DNA from: Candidatus Omnitrophota bacterium
GTDB lineage: Bacteria; Omnitrophota; Gorgyraeia; Gygaellales; JAHJCI01
DNA: 64,000 nucleotides
Assembly (NCBI GenBank): GCA_016783355.1
Contig: JADHWR010000001.1
Location: forward strand, 6,072-70,071
Direction of reading: 5' to 3'
The number at the start of each line of letters is the position of its first letter. The stretch's first letter is position 1. A program made the translations under genes and the position numbers. Below the pieces are notes generated by a model that was not told the origin of the DNA, made no database searches, and saw only the letters and a program-made list of their open reading frames with translations. Below, piece after piece: positions 41,570-50,727 of the stretch.

Positions 41570-42296
41570 CTTTCTCGTAAGGTAAAATATTGTTTGTATT
41601 GCGGGAAATCTTAATCTCCTCAAATAGCCGGTTTTGATAAATCACTATCTCTTTAAGGCGGATCAATTCAAGAACAGCTAAAAATATAGAAATTATCTCT
41701 AATTTATTCTTTGCTGATTGGAAAAGTTGATTTAAAACAATGAGATCTTGCTTAAGTAAAAAATGAAGAATCTCATGTATCTTTGCCTCCACGCTAAATT
41801 CATCTCTGACAACCTCATAAAATAAATCCTTAGGCACTTCACGCAAAGCTTCTGTGAATGCACAAATTAAATCAAATACCGATGCTTCAAAATATGGTTC
41901 TTTCCCTTCCTCTTTATGGGGTATTTGATGTGCCCGTCTTGTAAACTGAAGATCTCTTGCTTTTTCTCTCTCCCCTAAATGCTGGGCAACTTCTTTAAAC
42001 TTCTCATATTCCAATAACTTCTCTACTAATTCCTGGCGCGGGTCCATTTCATCCTTAATTTCCTCTTTCTTTGCCTGTGGAAGCAGCATCCGTGATTTAA
42101 TCTGTGTAAGCGTTGCTGCCATAACGAGAAACTCGCCCGCAATATTTAAATCCAAAAGGCGCATTAAATCTAAATATTCTAAATACTGCTGGGTTATTCT
42201 TGCGATGGGAATATCGTAGATGTTGATATGGTCTTTTTTTACTAAATAAAAAAGTAAATCCAAAGGACCTTCGAATATCTCAAGCTTAATTCTCAT
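41532..42296 (-). CDS. scpA: Segregation and condensation protein A
   Basis: A 254 aa ORF with EGPLDLLFYLVKKDHINIYDIPIA, the ScpA N-terminus. Confidence 0.85.
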   Translation of the reverse strand: MRIKLEIFEGPLDLLFYLVKKDHINIYDIPIARITQQYLEYLDLMRLLDLNIAGEFLVMAATLTQIKSRMLLPQAKKEEIKDEMDPRQELVEKLLEYEKFKEVAQHLGEREKARDLQFTRRAHQIPHKEEGKEPYFEASVFDLICAFTEALREVPKDLFYEVVRDEFSVEAKIHEILHFLLKQDLIVLNQLFQSAKNKLEIISIFLAVLELIRLKEIVIYQNRLFEEIKISRNTNNILPYEKDERQTDSTQVSH

Positions 42297-42297
42297 C

Positions 42298-43281
42298 TCA
42301 CCACAGCCCTACCTTCTCTTTAACAGCGGCTAAAGTTTTCTCCGTAATAGGACGGACTGCCACTGCTCCCTTTTGAAGGATAGAATCAATCTGGCCTGAG
42401 TCCTCCATTAATTTCTGATAACGGGATTGTAAAGGCCGCAAATGCTCAATGATTACCTCTATCAACTCTTTTTTCAAAGCAACATAGCCTTTACCTTCGA
42501 ATCGGCGTTCTATATCTGGCCTGGGGTATTTGGTGAAGAGTTCATAAATAACCAAAAGGTTATAAATTCCTGGCCGGCTCTGATCAAAATGAATATCACG
42601 GCCTGAATCTGTAACGGCAGCCATAATCTTTGCCCGAATCTGATCAGGTGAATCAAGTAAATAAATTGCATGACCGAAACGCTCTTTGCTCTTACTCATC
42701 TTCTTTGTGGGCTCATCCAATCCCATAATACGTGCCCCTACTTCGGGAATAAGCACTTCCGGAATTTTAAAGGTTGGGCCATATATTGAGTTAAACCGCT
42801 TGGCAATATCCCGGGCAAACTCTACATGCTGCTTCTGGTCTTCTCCGACAGGAACTAAGTCTGTTTCGTAAAGCAGAATATCGGCAGCCATAAGAACAGG
42901 GTAATCAAAAAGACCAGTACTAACTTCATTTTTACACTCCTTTGATTTCTCTTTAAACTGTGTCATGCGATTCAACCACCCCATCGGAGTAAAACAGTTC
43001 AGGATCCAAGCAAGCTGTGCGTGTGCACTAACCTGAGATTGGACGAACACGAAGGATTTTTGGGGATCGATGCCGGAAGCTATAAGAAGAGCAGCTAATT
43101 GCCGTATCTGTCTTTTTAAAATCCTGGGATCCTGGTAAATAGTAATTGCGTGCAGGTCAACAATGCAAAAGATATTCTCAAATTCATCCTGCCGCAGCAC
43201 CCAATTTTGAACTGCTGCCAGGTAATTGCCAATGTGAATGTTACCTGTTGGTTGTATTCCAGAAAGTACTCGTTTTCTCAT
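42298..43281 (-). CDS. trpS: Tryptophan--tRNA ligase
   Basis: A 327 aa class I enzyme with LSGIQPTGNIHIGNY (HIGH) and KMSKS (KMSKSKE). Confidence 0.92.
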   Translation of the reverse strand: MRKRVLSGIQPTGNIHIGNYLAAVQNWVLRQDEFENIFCIVDLHAITIYQDPRILKRQIRQLAALLIASGIDPQKSFVFVQSQVSAHAQLAWILNCFTPMGWLNRMTQFKEKSKECKNEVSTGLFDYPVLMAADILLYETDLVPVGEDQKQHVEFARDIAKRFNSIYGPTFKIPEVLIPEVGARIMGLDEPTKKMSKSKERFGHAIYLLDSPDQIRAKIMAAVTDSGRDIHFDQSRPGIYNLLVIYELFTKYPRPDIERRFEGKGYVALKKELIEVIIEHLRPLQSRYQKLMEDSGQIDSILQKGAVAVRPITEKTLAAVKEKVGLW

Positions 43282-43287
43282 TATTTT

Positions 43288-45378
43288 CTATAGTTTTCTT
43301 GCTATCTTCTCAATTTTATAGCCTTCCATTATATCGCCTATTTTATAATCAGAAAAATTACCTATGGATATGCCGCACTCATAACCTTCAGATACCTGAG
43401 AAACCTCATCTTTAAAACGCCGAAGATTGCTAATCTTTCCGCTAAAGATAGTAGTGTTGTCTCTGATTATATCTATATTGAGCGTGCGCAAGATCTTACC
43501 CTTAGTTATAGTACACCCCGCCACAACACCACTTCGCGAGAGATTAAAAACCTGCTTCACGCGTGCCTGTCCAAAAGATACCTTTTTTATCTTTGGGCTT
43601 AACAACCCTTCTAAAGCCGCCTTTATCTCCTCGACTAATTCATAAATTATATTGTATGTCCTTACCTCCACCTGCTCTTTTTTAATTAATTCCTTTGCTC
43701 GCTCTTCTATATTTATATGAAAACCCAAGATTAGCGCATCAGAGACAGACGCCAGCATTACATCTGAAGTGTTAATTAAGCCCACTCCTTTATGGGTTAT
43801 CTTAAATTTTACCTCTTTTGTCTCTAATTTTATTAGAGAATCCCGCACCGCCTCTAATGAGCCGAATGTGTCTGCTTTAATAATAATCTTCAGCTCTTTA
43901 AGAACACCGTTTTTTATTTCCTGATGTAAATCCTCCAGCGAAAACCGATGTGGTGAAATATTCCTTTTTTCCTTTGTCTCGCGCAGCGAGATAAGTGCTC
44001 TTGCCCCTTTCTCGTCCTTGACAACAAAAAATCTCTCTCCTGCCTCAGGCACGGATTCAAAACCTAAAATTCCCACAGGCTGACTGGCAGTAGCTTCCTC
44101 AACTCTCTGGCCACAGTCATTAAATATTGCCTTTACCTTTGCTAAGTTCTTCCCCGCAACAAGTAGATCATTAAGATGTAATTTTCCATTCTGCACCAAT
44201 AAAGTTGCCAGAGGACCCCTGTTTGGGTCCTGTCTTGCCTCAATAACAACACCCCTTGCTATCTGATTATAATCTGCTTTCAATTCTAACATTTCTGCCT
44301 CTAAAAGAATCATCTCTAATAATTCATCTATGCCCTGACCGGTTTTGGCAGAAACCTCTACCGTTACGGTCTTGCCTTGCCACTCCTCAGGAACTAAACC
44401 AATATCAGCAAGTTGCTTCTTTACCCTATCTACGTTAGCCTGAACTCGATCAACTTTATTTATGGCGACAATTATAGGAACCTCAGCATCTCGGGCATGG
44501 TTAATTGCCTCAATTGTCTGAGGCATAACACCATCATCAGCAGCAACCACTAAAACAACAATATCTGTAATCTGTGCGCCCCGTGCACGCATTGCCGTAA
44601 ATGCCTCATGACCGGGTGTATCCAAAAATGCAATCTTACCCTTATCTAAATTAACCTCATATGCACCGATGTGCTGGGTTATGCCTCCATGTTCAAAATC
44701 AACGACCTTTGTCTTTCTAATCATATCCAAAAGGGAGGTCTTACCATGGTCAACATGACCCATAAATGTTACTACGGGTGGACGAACATTTAAATCCTGA
44801 GGCTGGCTTGATACCTCATGTAAGGAAAGCAGGCGTTCTTCTAAAGAGGGAGCCTGCTTGACTTTAAAGCCAAAATTCTCACAAACCTGCTCTACTTCAT
44901 CTTTTCCTAAAGATTGGTTAATGTTGGCTAGGATTTTTAACTTTAAAAGTTCCTGCATTAGCTGCGAGAGTTTAATTTGAAGCTTAACCGCTAAATTCTT
45001 AACAGAAATAGGGAAATCTAATTCTAATACCTTAGCTTGTGGCGCCTCTTCAACCAAAATTGCTTGTAGCTGCTGGGGTTGAGGCTCTAAGGTCTTTGCT
45101 TGAATTTTAGACTTGCGGGAGACTCTTCTCTTTGGTTTAGGGGCTATTTCTTTCCTCTTGATTTGCTTTTTGCCTGGCTCTTTTCGTAGGACCGCAGGCT
45201 TTTTTGCTTTCCTTGCCCCGTTTGAAATCCCTCGCCTAACGGCGGGGGCAGCTACCTTTGGTGTCTTACTTCGAACGGGGTTTGGCTTTGTAGAGGAAGC
45301 CCTTAAGCGAGTCTTTGAAGCCTTTCTCACTTTAGTTTTTAATGCTTTTGGTTTCTTAGGTTTTTTTATCTTTTTCAT
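43288..45378 (-). CDS. infB: Translation initiation factor IF-2 with an in-frame family-1 element in the basic N-terminal region
   Basis: The GTPase domain ([13 protein letters not shown]...) and C-terminal domains are typical. The N-terminal segment NPVRSKTPKVAAPAVRRGISNGA is encoded by the palindrome. Confidence 0.92.
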   Translation of the reverse strand: MKKIKKPKKPKALKTKVRKASKTRLRASSTKPNPVRSKTPKVAAPAVRRGISNGARKAKKPAVLRKEPGKKQIKRKEIAPKPKRRVSRKSKIQAKTLEPQPQQLQAILVEEAPQAKVLELDFPISVKNLAVKLQIKLSQLMQELLKLKILANINQSLGKDEVEQVCENFGFKVKQAPSLEERLLSLHEVSSQPQDLNVRPPVVTFMGHVDHGKTSLLDMIRKTKVVDFEHGGITQHIGAYEVNLDKGKIAFLDTPGHEAFTAMRARGAQITDIVVLVVAADDGVMPQTIEAINHARDAEVPIIVAINKVDRVQANVDRVKKQLADIGLVPEEWQGKTVTVEVSAKTGQGIDELLEMILLEAEMLELKADYNQIARGVVIEARQDPNRGPLATLLVQNGKLHLNDLLVAGKNLAKVKAIFNDCGQRVEEATASQPVGILGFESVPEAGERFFVVKDEKGARALISLRETKEKRNISPHRFSLEDLHQEIKNGVLKELKIIIKADTFGSLEAVRDSLIKLETKEVKFKITHKGVGLINTSDVMLASVSDALILGFHINIEERAKELIKKEQVEVRTYNIIYELVEEIKAALEGLLSPKIKKVSFGQARVKQVFNLSRSGVVAGCTITKGKILRTLNIDIIRDNTTIFSGKISNLRRFKDEVSQVSEGYECGISIGNFSDYKIGDIMEGYKIEKIARKL
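45216..45280. mobile_element. Family-1 palindromic element (65 bp) in frame in infB
   Basis: CCCCGTTTGAAAT...ACTTCGAACGGGG termini with an inner CCCTCGCC...GGCGGGGG hairpin. Element plus 4 bp equals 69 bp. Confidence 0.7.
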
Positions 45379-46549
45379 TTAATGGAATTGTCTTTTTTGC
45401 CTCACTAATTAATTTCTTTGCTTTCTTCTGCCCCATTCCTTTGACCTTGCATAAATCATCTATAGCCGCCCCTGCCAGATCAATAACACTCTTAAAACCT
45501 GCAGCATTTAAATTTTCTAAGAGTTTTTCTCCAACGCCGGAAAGATTTATTAAATCATCCTTGGGAGGTGCCTCCTTTAATCTCTGCTTTTCCACGTCTT
45601 CTGGGCTGCGAATATCTAACTCCCAGCCAACAAGACGACTGGCTAAACGAACATTTTGACCGTTTCTGCCAATTGCTAAAGATAACTGATCTCTATTAAC
45701 AATAACCTCCGCTCTCTGATTTGCTTTATCTAAGCATACCTCTATAATCTGGGCAGGAGAAAGGGCAGCAATAATATAATCTTTCATATTTTCACTATAG
45801 CGAACAATATCAATCTTTTCCCCTCTTAATTCATTAACAACGTTTTTCACGCGGCTACCCCGCATTCCTACGCAGGCACCGACAGAATCGACCCTCTCAT
45901 CCTTTGAATAAACAGTTATCTTCGTGCGTTCGCCTGGCTGGCGAGCAATTGCTCTGATTTCAACAATGCCCTCATAAATCTCAGGAACCTCCAATTCAAA
46001 GATTTTCTTTACAAAATTAGAGTGACTACGGGAAAGAATAATTTGTGCACCCCTGACTTGCTTACTCACCTCTAAAACATAAGTCCGGATACGTTCGCCT
46101 TGACGAAATGTCTCGTTTGGACACTGATGGCGACGTGGCAAAATGCCCTCACCTTTACCTAAGAGATCGATAATGATGCTATTTCTTTCAAAGCGGTACA
46201 CTGTTCCACTAACAATCTCACCTACCCTGTCTTGGAATTCAATAAATATGTTCTCTTTTTCTGCCTCACGAATCTTCTGAATAATAACCTGTTTTGCTGT
46301 CTGAGCAGCAATGCGCCCAAAATCGAGGTCCGTGATTTTCTTACCTTCATATGTTGCCTGAATCTCTCCATTGTTTGGGTTAATGACAACTTGAATGTCA
46401 TGACTCGATTCAAGATTCAATGTTTTCCTAATCGCACTGACCATTGCCGTCTCCACCGCATTAATTAAAACCTCTTTCTTTATTCCTTTTTCTCGTTCAA
46501 TCTGTTCTAATATTGCCAATAATTCCTTAGACATCTCTCTATTCTCCAT
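45356..46549 (-). CDS. nusA: Transcription termination/antitermination factor NusA
   Basis: A 397 aa ORF with S1 and KH domain sequence (..GACVGMRGSRV..) upstream of infB. Confidence 0.92.
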   Translation of the reverse strand: MENREMSKELLAILEQIEREKGIKKEVLINAVETAMVSAIRKTLNLESSHDIQVVINPNNGEIQATYEGKKITDLDFGRIAAQTAKQVIIQKIREAEKENIFIEFQDRVGEIVSGTVYRFERNSIIIDLLGKGEGILPRRHQCPNETFRQGERIRTYVLEVSKQVRGAQIILSRSHSNFVKKIFELEVPEIYEGIVEIRAIARQPGERTKITVYSKDERVDSVGACVGMRGSRVKNVVNELRGEKIDIVRYSENMKDYIIAALSPAQIIEVCLDKANQRAEVIVNRDQLSLAIGRNGQNVRLASRLVGWELDIRSPEDVEKQRLKEAPPKDDLINLSGVGEKLLENLNAAGFKSVIDLAGAAIDDLCKVKGMGQKKAKKLISEAKKTIPLNEKDKKT

Positions 46550-46630
46550 GTTCTTTGTCTAAATATGGGTAAATATGGGGACGGTTCTCGCTATCTTATT
46601 GTAATACAACAAGATAAAAATAAATTTTCG

Positions 46631-46805
46631 CCACAAAGTCGCCACAAAAACGTTGACGACCCGCCAAAGTATTGTGGCGGGATTTGCACCAGAAAGTCGC
46701 CACAAAGCGTTGGCGACCCGCCAAAGTATTATGGCGGGATTTGCACCAGAAAGTCGCCACAAAGCGTTGGCGACCCGCCAAAGTATTATGGCGGGATTGG
46801 CGCAT
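46631..46805. repeat. Three tandem copies of a 57 bp double-hairpin repeat between rimP and nusA, plus a degenerate fourth hairpin
   Basis: Each unit is GTCGCCACAAAGCGTTGGCGAC + CCCGCCAAAGTATTATGGCGGG. Copies start near 46631, 46691 and 46748. The repeats generate overlapping spurious ORFs on both strands. Confidence 0.8.
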
Positions 46806-46853
46806 CCGCCGGTTCTTATTGGAGGCGAATCCGCCAATTATTTTGGCGGAAGC

Positions 46854-47312
46854 TCAAAATTCCAACTTCGCCTTACTAATATTATCCCAGGGTGTCTCTA
46901 GGACCCCCTTTTCGGTTTCCATAATCAATAAATTCTGCTCCACACAAGAAATCACACCTCTAGCCTCCCACTTTCCTTGCTCAGGCTGTTTGAAAAAGAC
47001 CTTTATCTTCTTTTTGATACATCGTCTAAAATCATCTAAATTTAGCAAAGGCCGATCCAAACCAGGAGAGGCAACTTCTAATGTATAAGCATCCTCAATA
47101 ATATTCTCTTCATCTAAAATCTGAGCTATTTCATTATTTAAAGATGCGCACTTATTTAAAGTTACCCCACCCTCTGCCTTATCTACTAAAATACGAAGGG
47201 TTGAGTCTTTTCTTCTGTATTGATAACTCAGATCCACAAGAAAGAGATTTTGCCCTGCCAAATAATTGCTAACTATCTCTCGTAATCTGGACTCTATCTC
47301 GTGTTTGTCCAT
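46854..47312 (-). CDS. rimP: Ribosome maturation factor RimP
   Basis: A 152 aa ORF with RimP family sequence upstream of nusA. Confidence 0.85.
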   Translation of the reverse strand: MDKHEIESRLREIVSNYLAGQNLFLVDLSYQYRRKDSTLRILVDKAEGGVTLNKCASLNNEIAQILDEENIIEDAYTLEVASPGLDRPLLNLDDFRRCIKKKIKVFFKQPEQGKWEARGVISCVEQNLLIMETEKGVLETPWDNISKAKLEF

Positions 47313-48565
47313 TAAATCGGCCCTATATCCTTCATTGTAGTTGTGATGACCTCATCTATCTTGTCTGATTTTAAAATGCGTCTTTCGCCTGTGCGACGAA
47401 TCTTTAGCTCTATTTTATTTTCTCTTAAGAGCCTGCTGCTAATGATAATCTGCAAAGGTATGCCAATTAAATCTGCATCTTTAAATTTAATCCCGGCATA
47501 TTCATCGCGCTCATCCATTAAGAGCTCGAAATCTTCTTTTAGGCTATTGTAAATACCCAAAGCCACTTCATAAACCCTGCCATTTCTCTCTAATGGCAAA
47601 ATAATAATTTTGTAGGGGCTGACCTCTGTTGGCCAGATAATTCCATCTTCATCATTATTTTGTTCAATTATTGCTGAGATTATTCGTGAAACCCCCATAC
47701 CGTAACATCCCATAATCAGCGGCTTTTCTTTTCCCTCTGCATTAAGAAAATGTGCTTCCTGAATACCGCTATACTTCGTACCTAACTGAAAAATATGTCC
47801 GATCTCAATTGCATTTATCTTCTCTAAAGACCTACTGCAGTTTGGACAACGAGAAGTCGCAACGCTTGAGCTTACGCTATATTTACAACTCTTACAATAT
47901 TTAACAATATCCTCACCCGCCGCGGCTACTGCCATAAATTCATGAGAGATGCCTCCACCCATCAGCCCAGGGTCAGCCTCAACCTCAACAAAGGTCAAAC
48001 CCAGCCTTTTAAATATACGCGCGTAAGTCTGACGCATCTTCTTGTAGCTCATCTTTAATCCCTCTTCATTACAATCAAAGCTATAAGCATCCTTCATAAT
48101 AAACTCGCAGGAGCGCAGAAGACCAAACCGCGGACGGATTTCATCACGAAATTTAACCTGAATCTGGTAAAGAATAAGGGGTAGTTGCCGGTAAGAAAAA
48201 ATATTCTTTTTTGCCAAATCAGTAATAATCTCTTCGTGTGTTGGCCCAAGACAAAGGTTGCGGCCACGGCGGTCAGCAAAGCGAAACATAACCTGGCCTA
48301 TTTCTTTGTTGCGCCCCGAATTTATCCATAACTCTTGCGGCTGTAAGGCAGAAAGTAACAACTCTTGCGCCCCGGAAGCATCCATTTCCTGGCGAATAAT
48401 CTTCTCGATATTATTTAAAACCTTCCAGCCTAAAGGCAGATAAGTATAGACTCCTGCAATGAGCATACGGATAAAGCCCCCGCGCACAAGCAAGCTATGA
48501 CTCGCTGTCTGTGCTCCTTCAGGTATTTCTTTTAAGGTTGGAATAAATGCCTTCGTCCAGAACAT
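47312..48565 (-). CDS. proS: Proline--tRNA ligase, short form lacking the bacterial INS editing domain
   Basis: A 417 aa class II enzyme with motif 2-like FRDEIRPRFGLLRSCEFIMKDAYSF and a C-terminal anticodon-binding domain. Confidence 0.85.
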   Translation of the reverse strand: MFWTKAFIPTLKEIPEGAQTASHSLLVRGGFIRMLIAGVYTYLPLGWKVLNNIEKIIRQEMDASGAQELLLSALQPQELWINSGRNKEIGQVMFRFADRRGRNLCLGPTHEEIITDLAKKNIFSYRQLPLILYQIQVKFRDEIRPRFGLLRSCEFIMKDAYSFDCNEEGLKMSYKKMRQTYARIFKRLGLTFVEVEADPGLMGGGISHEFMAVAAAGEDIVKYCKSCKYSVSSSVATSRCPNCSRSLEKINAIEIGHIFQLGTKYSGIQEAHFLNAEGKEKPLIMGCYGMGVSRIISAIIEQNNDEDGIIWPTEVSPYKIIILPLERNGRVYEVALGIYNSLKEDFELLMDERDEYAGIKFKDADLIGIPLQIIISSRLLRENKIELKIRRTGERRILKSDKIDEVITTTMKDIGPI

Positions 48566-48575
48566 CCGTTGAATA

Positions 48576-49676
48576 TTATCTAATTTTACTTAACTCTTCT
48601 AGCAATACATCCACGCATTTTTCAACTGGAACTTTTTTTACGGGTTTACCTTTCTTGAATAATAAGCCCTCACTTTTTCCAAAGGCTATTCCTATATTTG
48701 CTTCTTTTGCCTCTCCAGGCCCATTAACCTCACAGCCCATCAGAGCTAATTTCATTGGCCGGGTTGACGCTTGAAAGTTAAGAGTTGAGAGTTTTTCTTG
48801 TAACTCTTTAACAATTTTAATTAAATCTACCCGGCACCTGCCGCAAGTCGGACAACTGATAATCTCTGGGCTAAATTTCCTTAATCCCAATACATTAAGG
48901 ATATCCTTTGCTACCCTTATTTCTTGCGCTGCCGTGTCAGTCAGAGACACTCTTATTGTATCACCGATACCCTCACAAAGCAAACTCCCCAGGCTAATCG
49001 CTGACTTTATTGTCCCTATTCTGGAAGGACCTGCAGCAGTCAGGCCTAAATGAAAAGGATAATCGCAAAGCTTGGCCATCTTTTGATATGCCTTGATTGT
49101 CTCAAAGATATCGGATGATTTTAACGAGACAACAATATCACAAAAACCAAAATCTTCTAATATCCTGATATAACCCAAAGCGCTCTTTACTAAAAGCGCG
49201 CTCTGCCTAAGGCGCGATGCCTGAGATCCAAAAGATTTTATGGAACCTGAATTTACCCCAACTCTAATGGGAATATGCCTGCGCTTCGCCTGACAGATAA
49301 TCTCATAAATATCATTCTTTTTATAGATATTACCCGGATTAAGTCTGATTTTGTCAGCCCCTGCCTCTATTGCTCCAAGCGCCAAGTTTTTATCAAAATG
49401 TATATCTGCCACCAGGGGCATCCGGGTCTGGGTTCTGATAACTTTTAAGGCCAAAATATCCTTATTGTCCTTAATTGCTAAACGTAAGATTTCACATCCT
49501 GCCTTATCTAATGCCTCTATTTCCTTTAAGGCAGCAGATACAAATTCAGTCTTTGTCTTGAGCATTGACTGAATGGCAACAGGGGTATTTCCACCGATAA
49601 TCAGACGACCTACTTTAATTCTTTTGGTCTTGCGCCGCATCATTCTATCCTGACCACCATGCCGATATCTTTTCAA
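48576..49676 (-). CDS. ispG: 4-hydroxy-3-methylbut-2-enyl diphosphate synthase
   Basis: A 366 aa ORF whose C-terminal Fe-S domain has CPTCGRC...GCEVNGPGE. Confidence 0.9.
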   Translation of the reverse strand: MKRYRHGGQDRMMRRKTKRIKVGRLIIGGNTPVAIQSMLKTKTEFVSAALKEIEALDKAGCEILRLAIKDNKDILALKVIRTQTRMPLVADIHFDKNLALGAIEAGADKIRLNPGNIYKKNDIYEIICQAKRRHIPIRVGVNSGSIKSFGSQASRLRQSALLVKSALGYIRILEDFGFCDIVVSLKSSDIFETIKAYQKMAKLCDYPFHLGLTAAGPSRIGTIKSAISLGSLLCEGIGDTIRVSLTDTAAQEIRVAKDILNVLGLRKFSPEIISCPTCGRCRVDLIKIVKELQEKLSTLNFQASTRPMKLALMGCEVNGPGEAKEANIGIAFGKSEGLLFKKGKPVKKVPVEKCVDVLLEELSKIR

Positions 49677-50727
49677 ACACGCCGTATCTTAACAAATCAT
49701 TATAAAAAACAAAGGTTATCAACAGCAGAATAAAACTGAGCCCAATCTGAGTAATTATCTTCTCTGTGCGCACGCTAAGCCGTTTCTTTCGTATCTTTTC
49801 CAAAAACAGAAATAAAAGATGCCCCCCATCTAATACCGGCAGAGGCAGAAGATTAAAAATAGCCAAACTCATACTCAATAGGGCAACTACATTCAAAAGT
49901 GGCACAATGCCCAAATCAGCAGCTTCTTTGGTAATAAAAAATATCCCTAAGGGACCGGTTACTGATTCTTTAATCGATGTCCTGCCTATAATCATCCATC
50001 CGAGAGACCTAAGTATCAATCCAGTAAGAGATAATAACCTTGCGCCTCCCTGCCAAAATGACTGTATTGGCCCATACTTTGTGATAATAAAGTCCTCTTT
50101 GGGTTTTATGCCGATTAAGCCCACACTTTTTCTCTCTCCGAAAATGGTCTCTAACTCCTTCTGTTTGATTCTCACAGGCATATTCAACTGAGTGCTTCCT
50201 CGCATAACAGTTAAATGAACTGTCTCGGTCTCCTTTCTGCAATGAATTAATCTTTGCAGATCAGTCCAAAATTCTACCCTTTGATTATCCACAGCAACAA
50301 TCTTATCTTTCGGCATCAGTCCTGCATCTTTCGCCCCAAAACCATCAATAACCTCACCAATAGAAGAACCAAGCCTCGGAAAGCCTATAAAAAAGATTAA
50401 ACAGAAGCAAAAATAGGCCAAAACATAGTTCAATAATGGCCCATAGAAAATTATCCTTGCACGCGTCCGAATAGATTTTGAAAGATATTCATCCGGTTGA
50501 TTTTTAAATTCAGAGGGTGAATCACCAGCTAACTTTACATAACCGCCTAAGGGAATAGCGCATATTAAATATTCTGTTGTTCCTCTTCTCCAGCTAAATA
50601 TTTTTGGGCCAAACCCCAAAGAGAACTCATCAACACGCACTCCCATTCTCTTGGCAACAATAAAATGGCCAAATTCATGAACGATGATTAAAATGCTAAG
50701 AACGATGATAAAGATTATAATAGACAT
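49645..50727 (-). CDS. rseP: RIP zinc metalloprotease RseP (site-2 protease)
   Basis: HEFGHF motif in the first transmembrane segment, a PDZ region and C-terminal membrane segments. Confidence 0.88.
   Translation of the reverse strand: MSIIIFIIVLSILIIVHEFGHFIVAKRMGVRVDEFSLGFGPKIFSWRRGTTEYLICAIPLGGYVKLAGDSPSEFKNQPDEYLSKSIRTRARIIFYGPLLNYVLAYFCFCLIFFIGFPRLGSSIGEVIDGFGAKDAGLMPKDKIVAVDNQRVEFWTDLQRLIHCRKETETVHLTVMRGSTQLNMPVRIKQKELETIFGERKSVGLIGIKPKEDFIITKYGPIQSFWQGGARLLSLTGLILRSLGWMIIGRTSIKESVTGPLGIFFITKEAADLGIVPLLNVVALLSMSLAIFNLLPLPVLDGGHLLFLFLEKIRKKRLSVRTEKIITQIGLSFILLLITFVFYNDLLRYGVFEKISAWWSG

Noticed and set aside
46559-47088. Five mutually overlapping ORFs (69-138 aa) with repeated PPKYYGGICTRKSPQSVGD-like peptides
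   Set aside because: They are generated by the 57 bp tandem double-hairpin repeat, which is open in several frames on both strands. There is no plausible protein.
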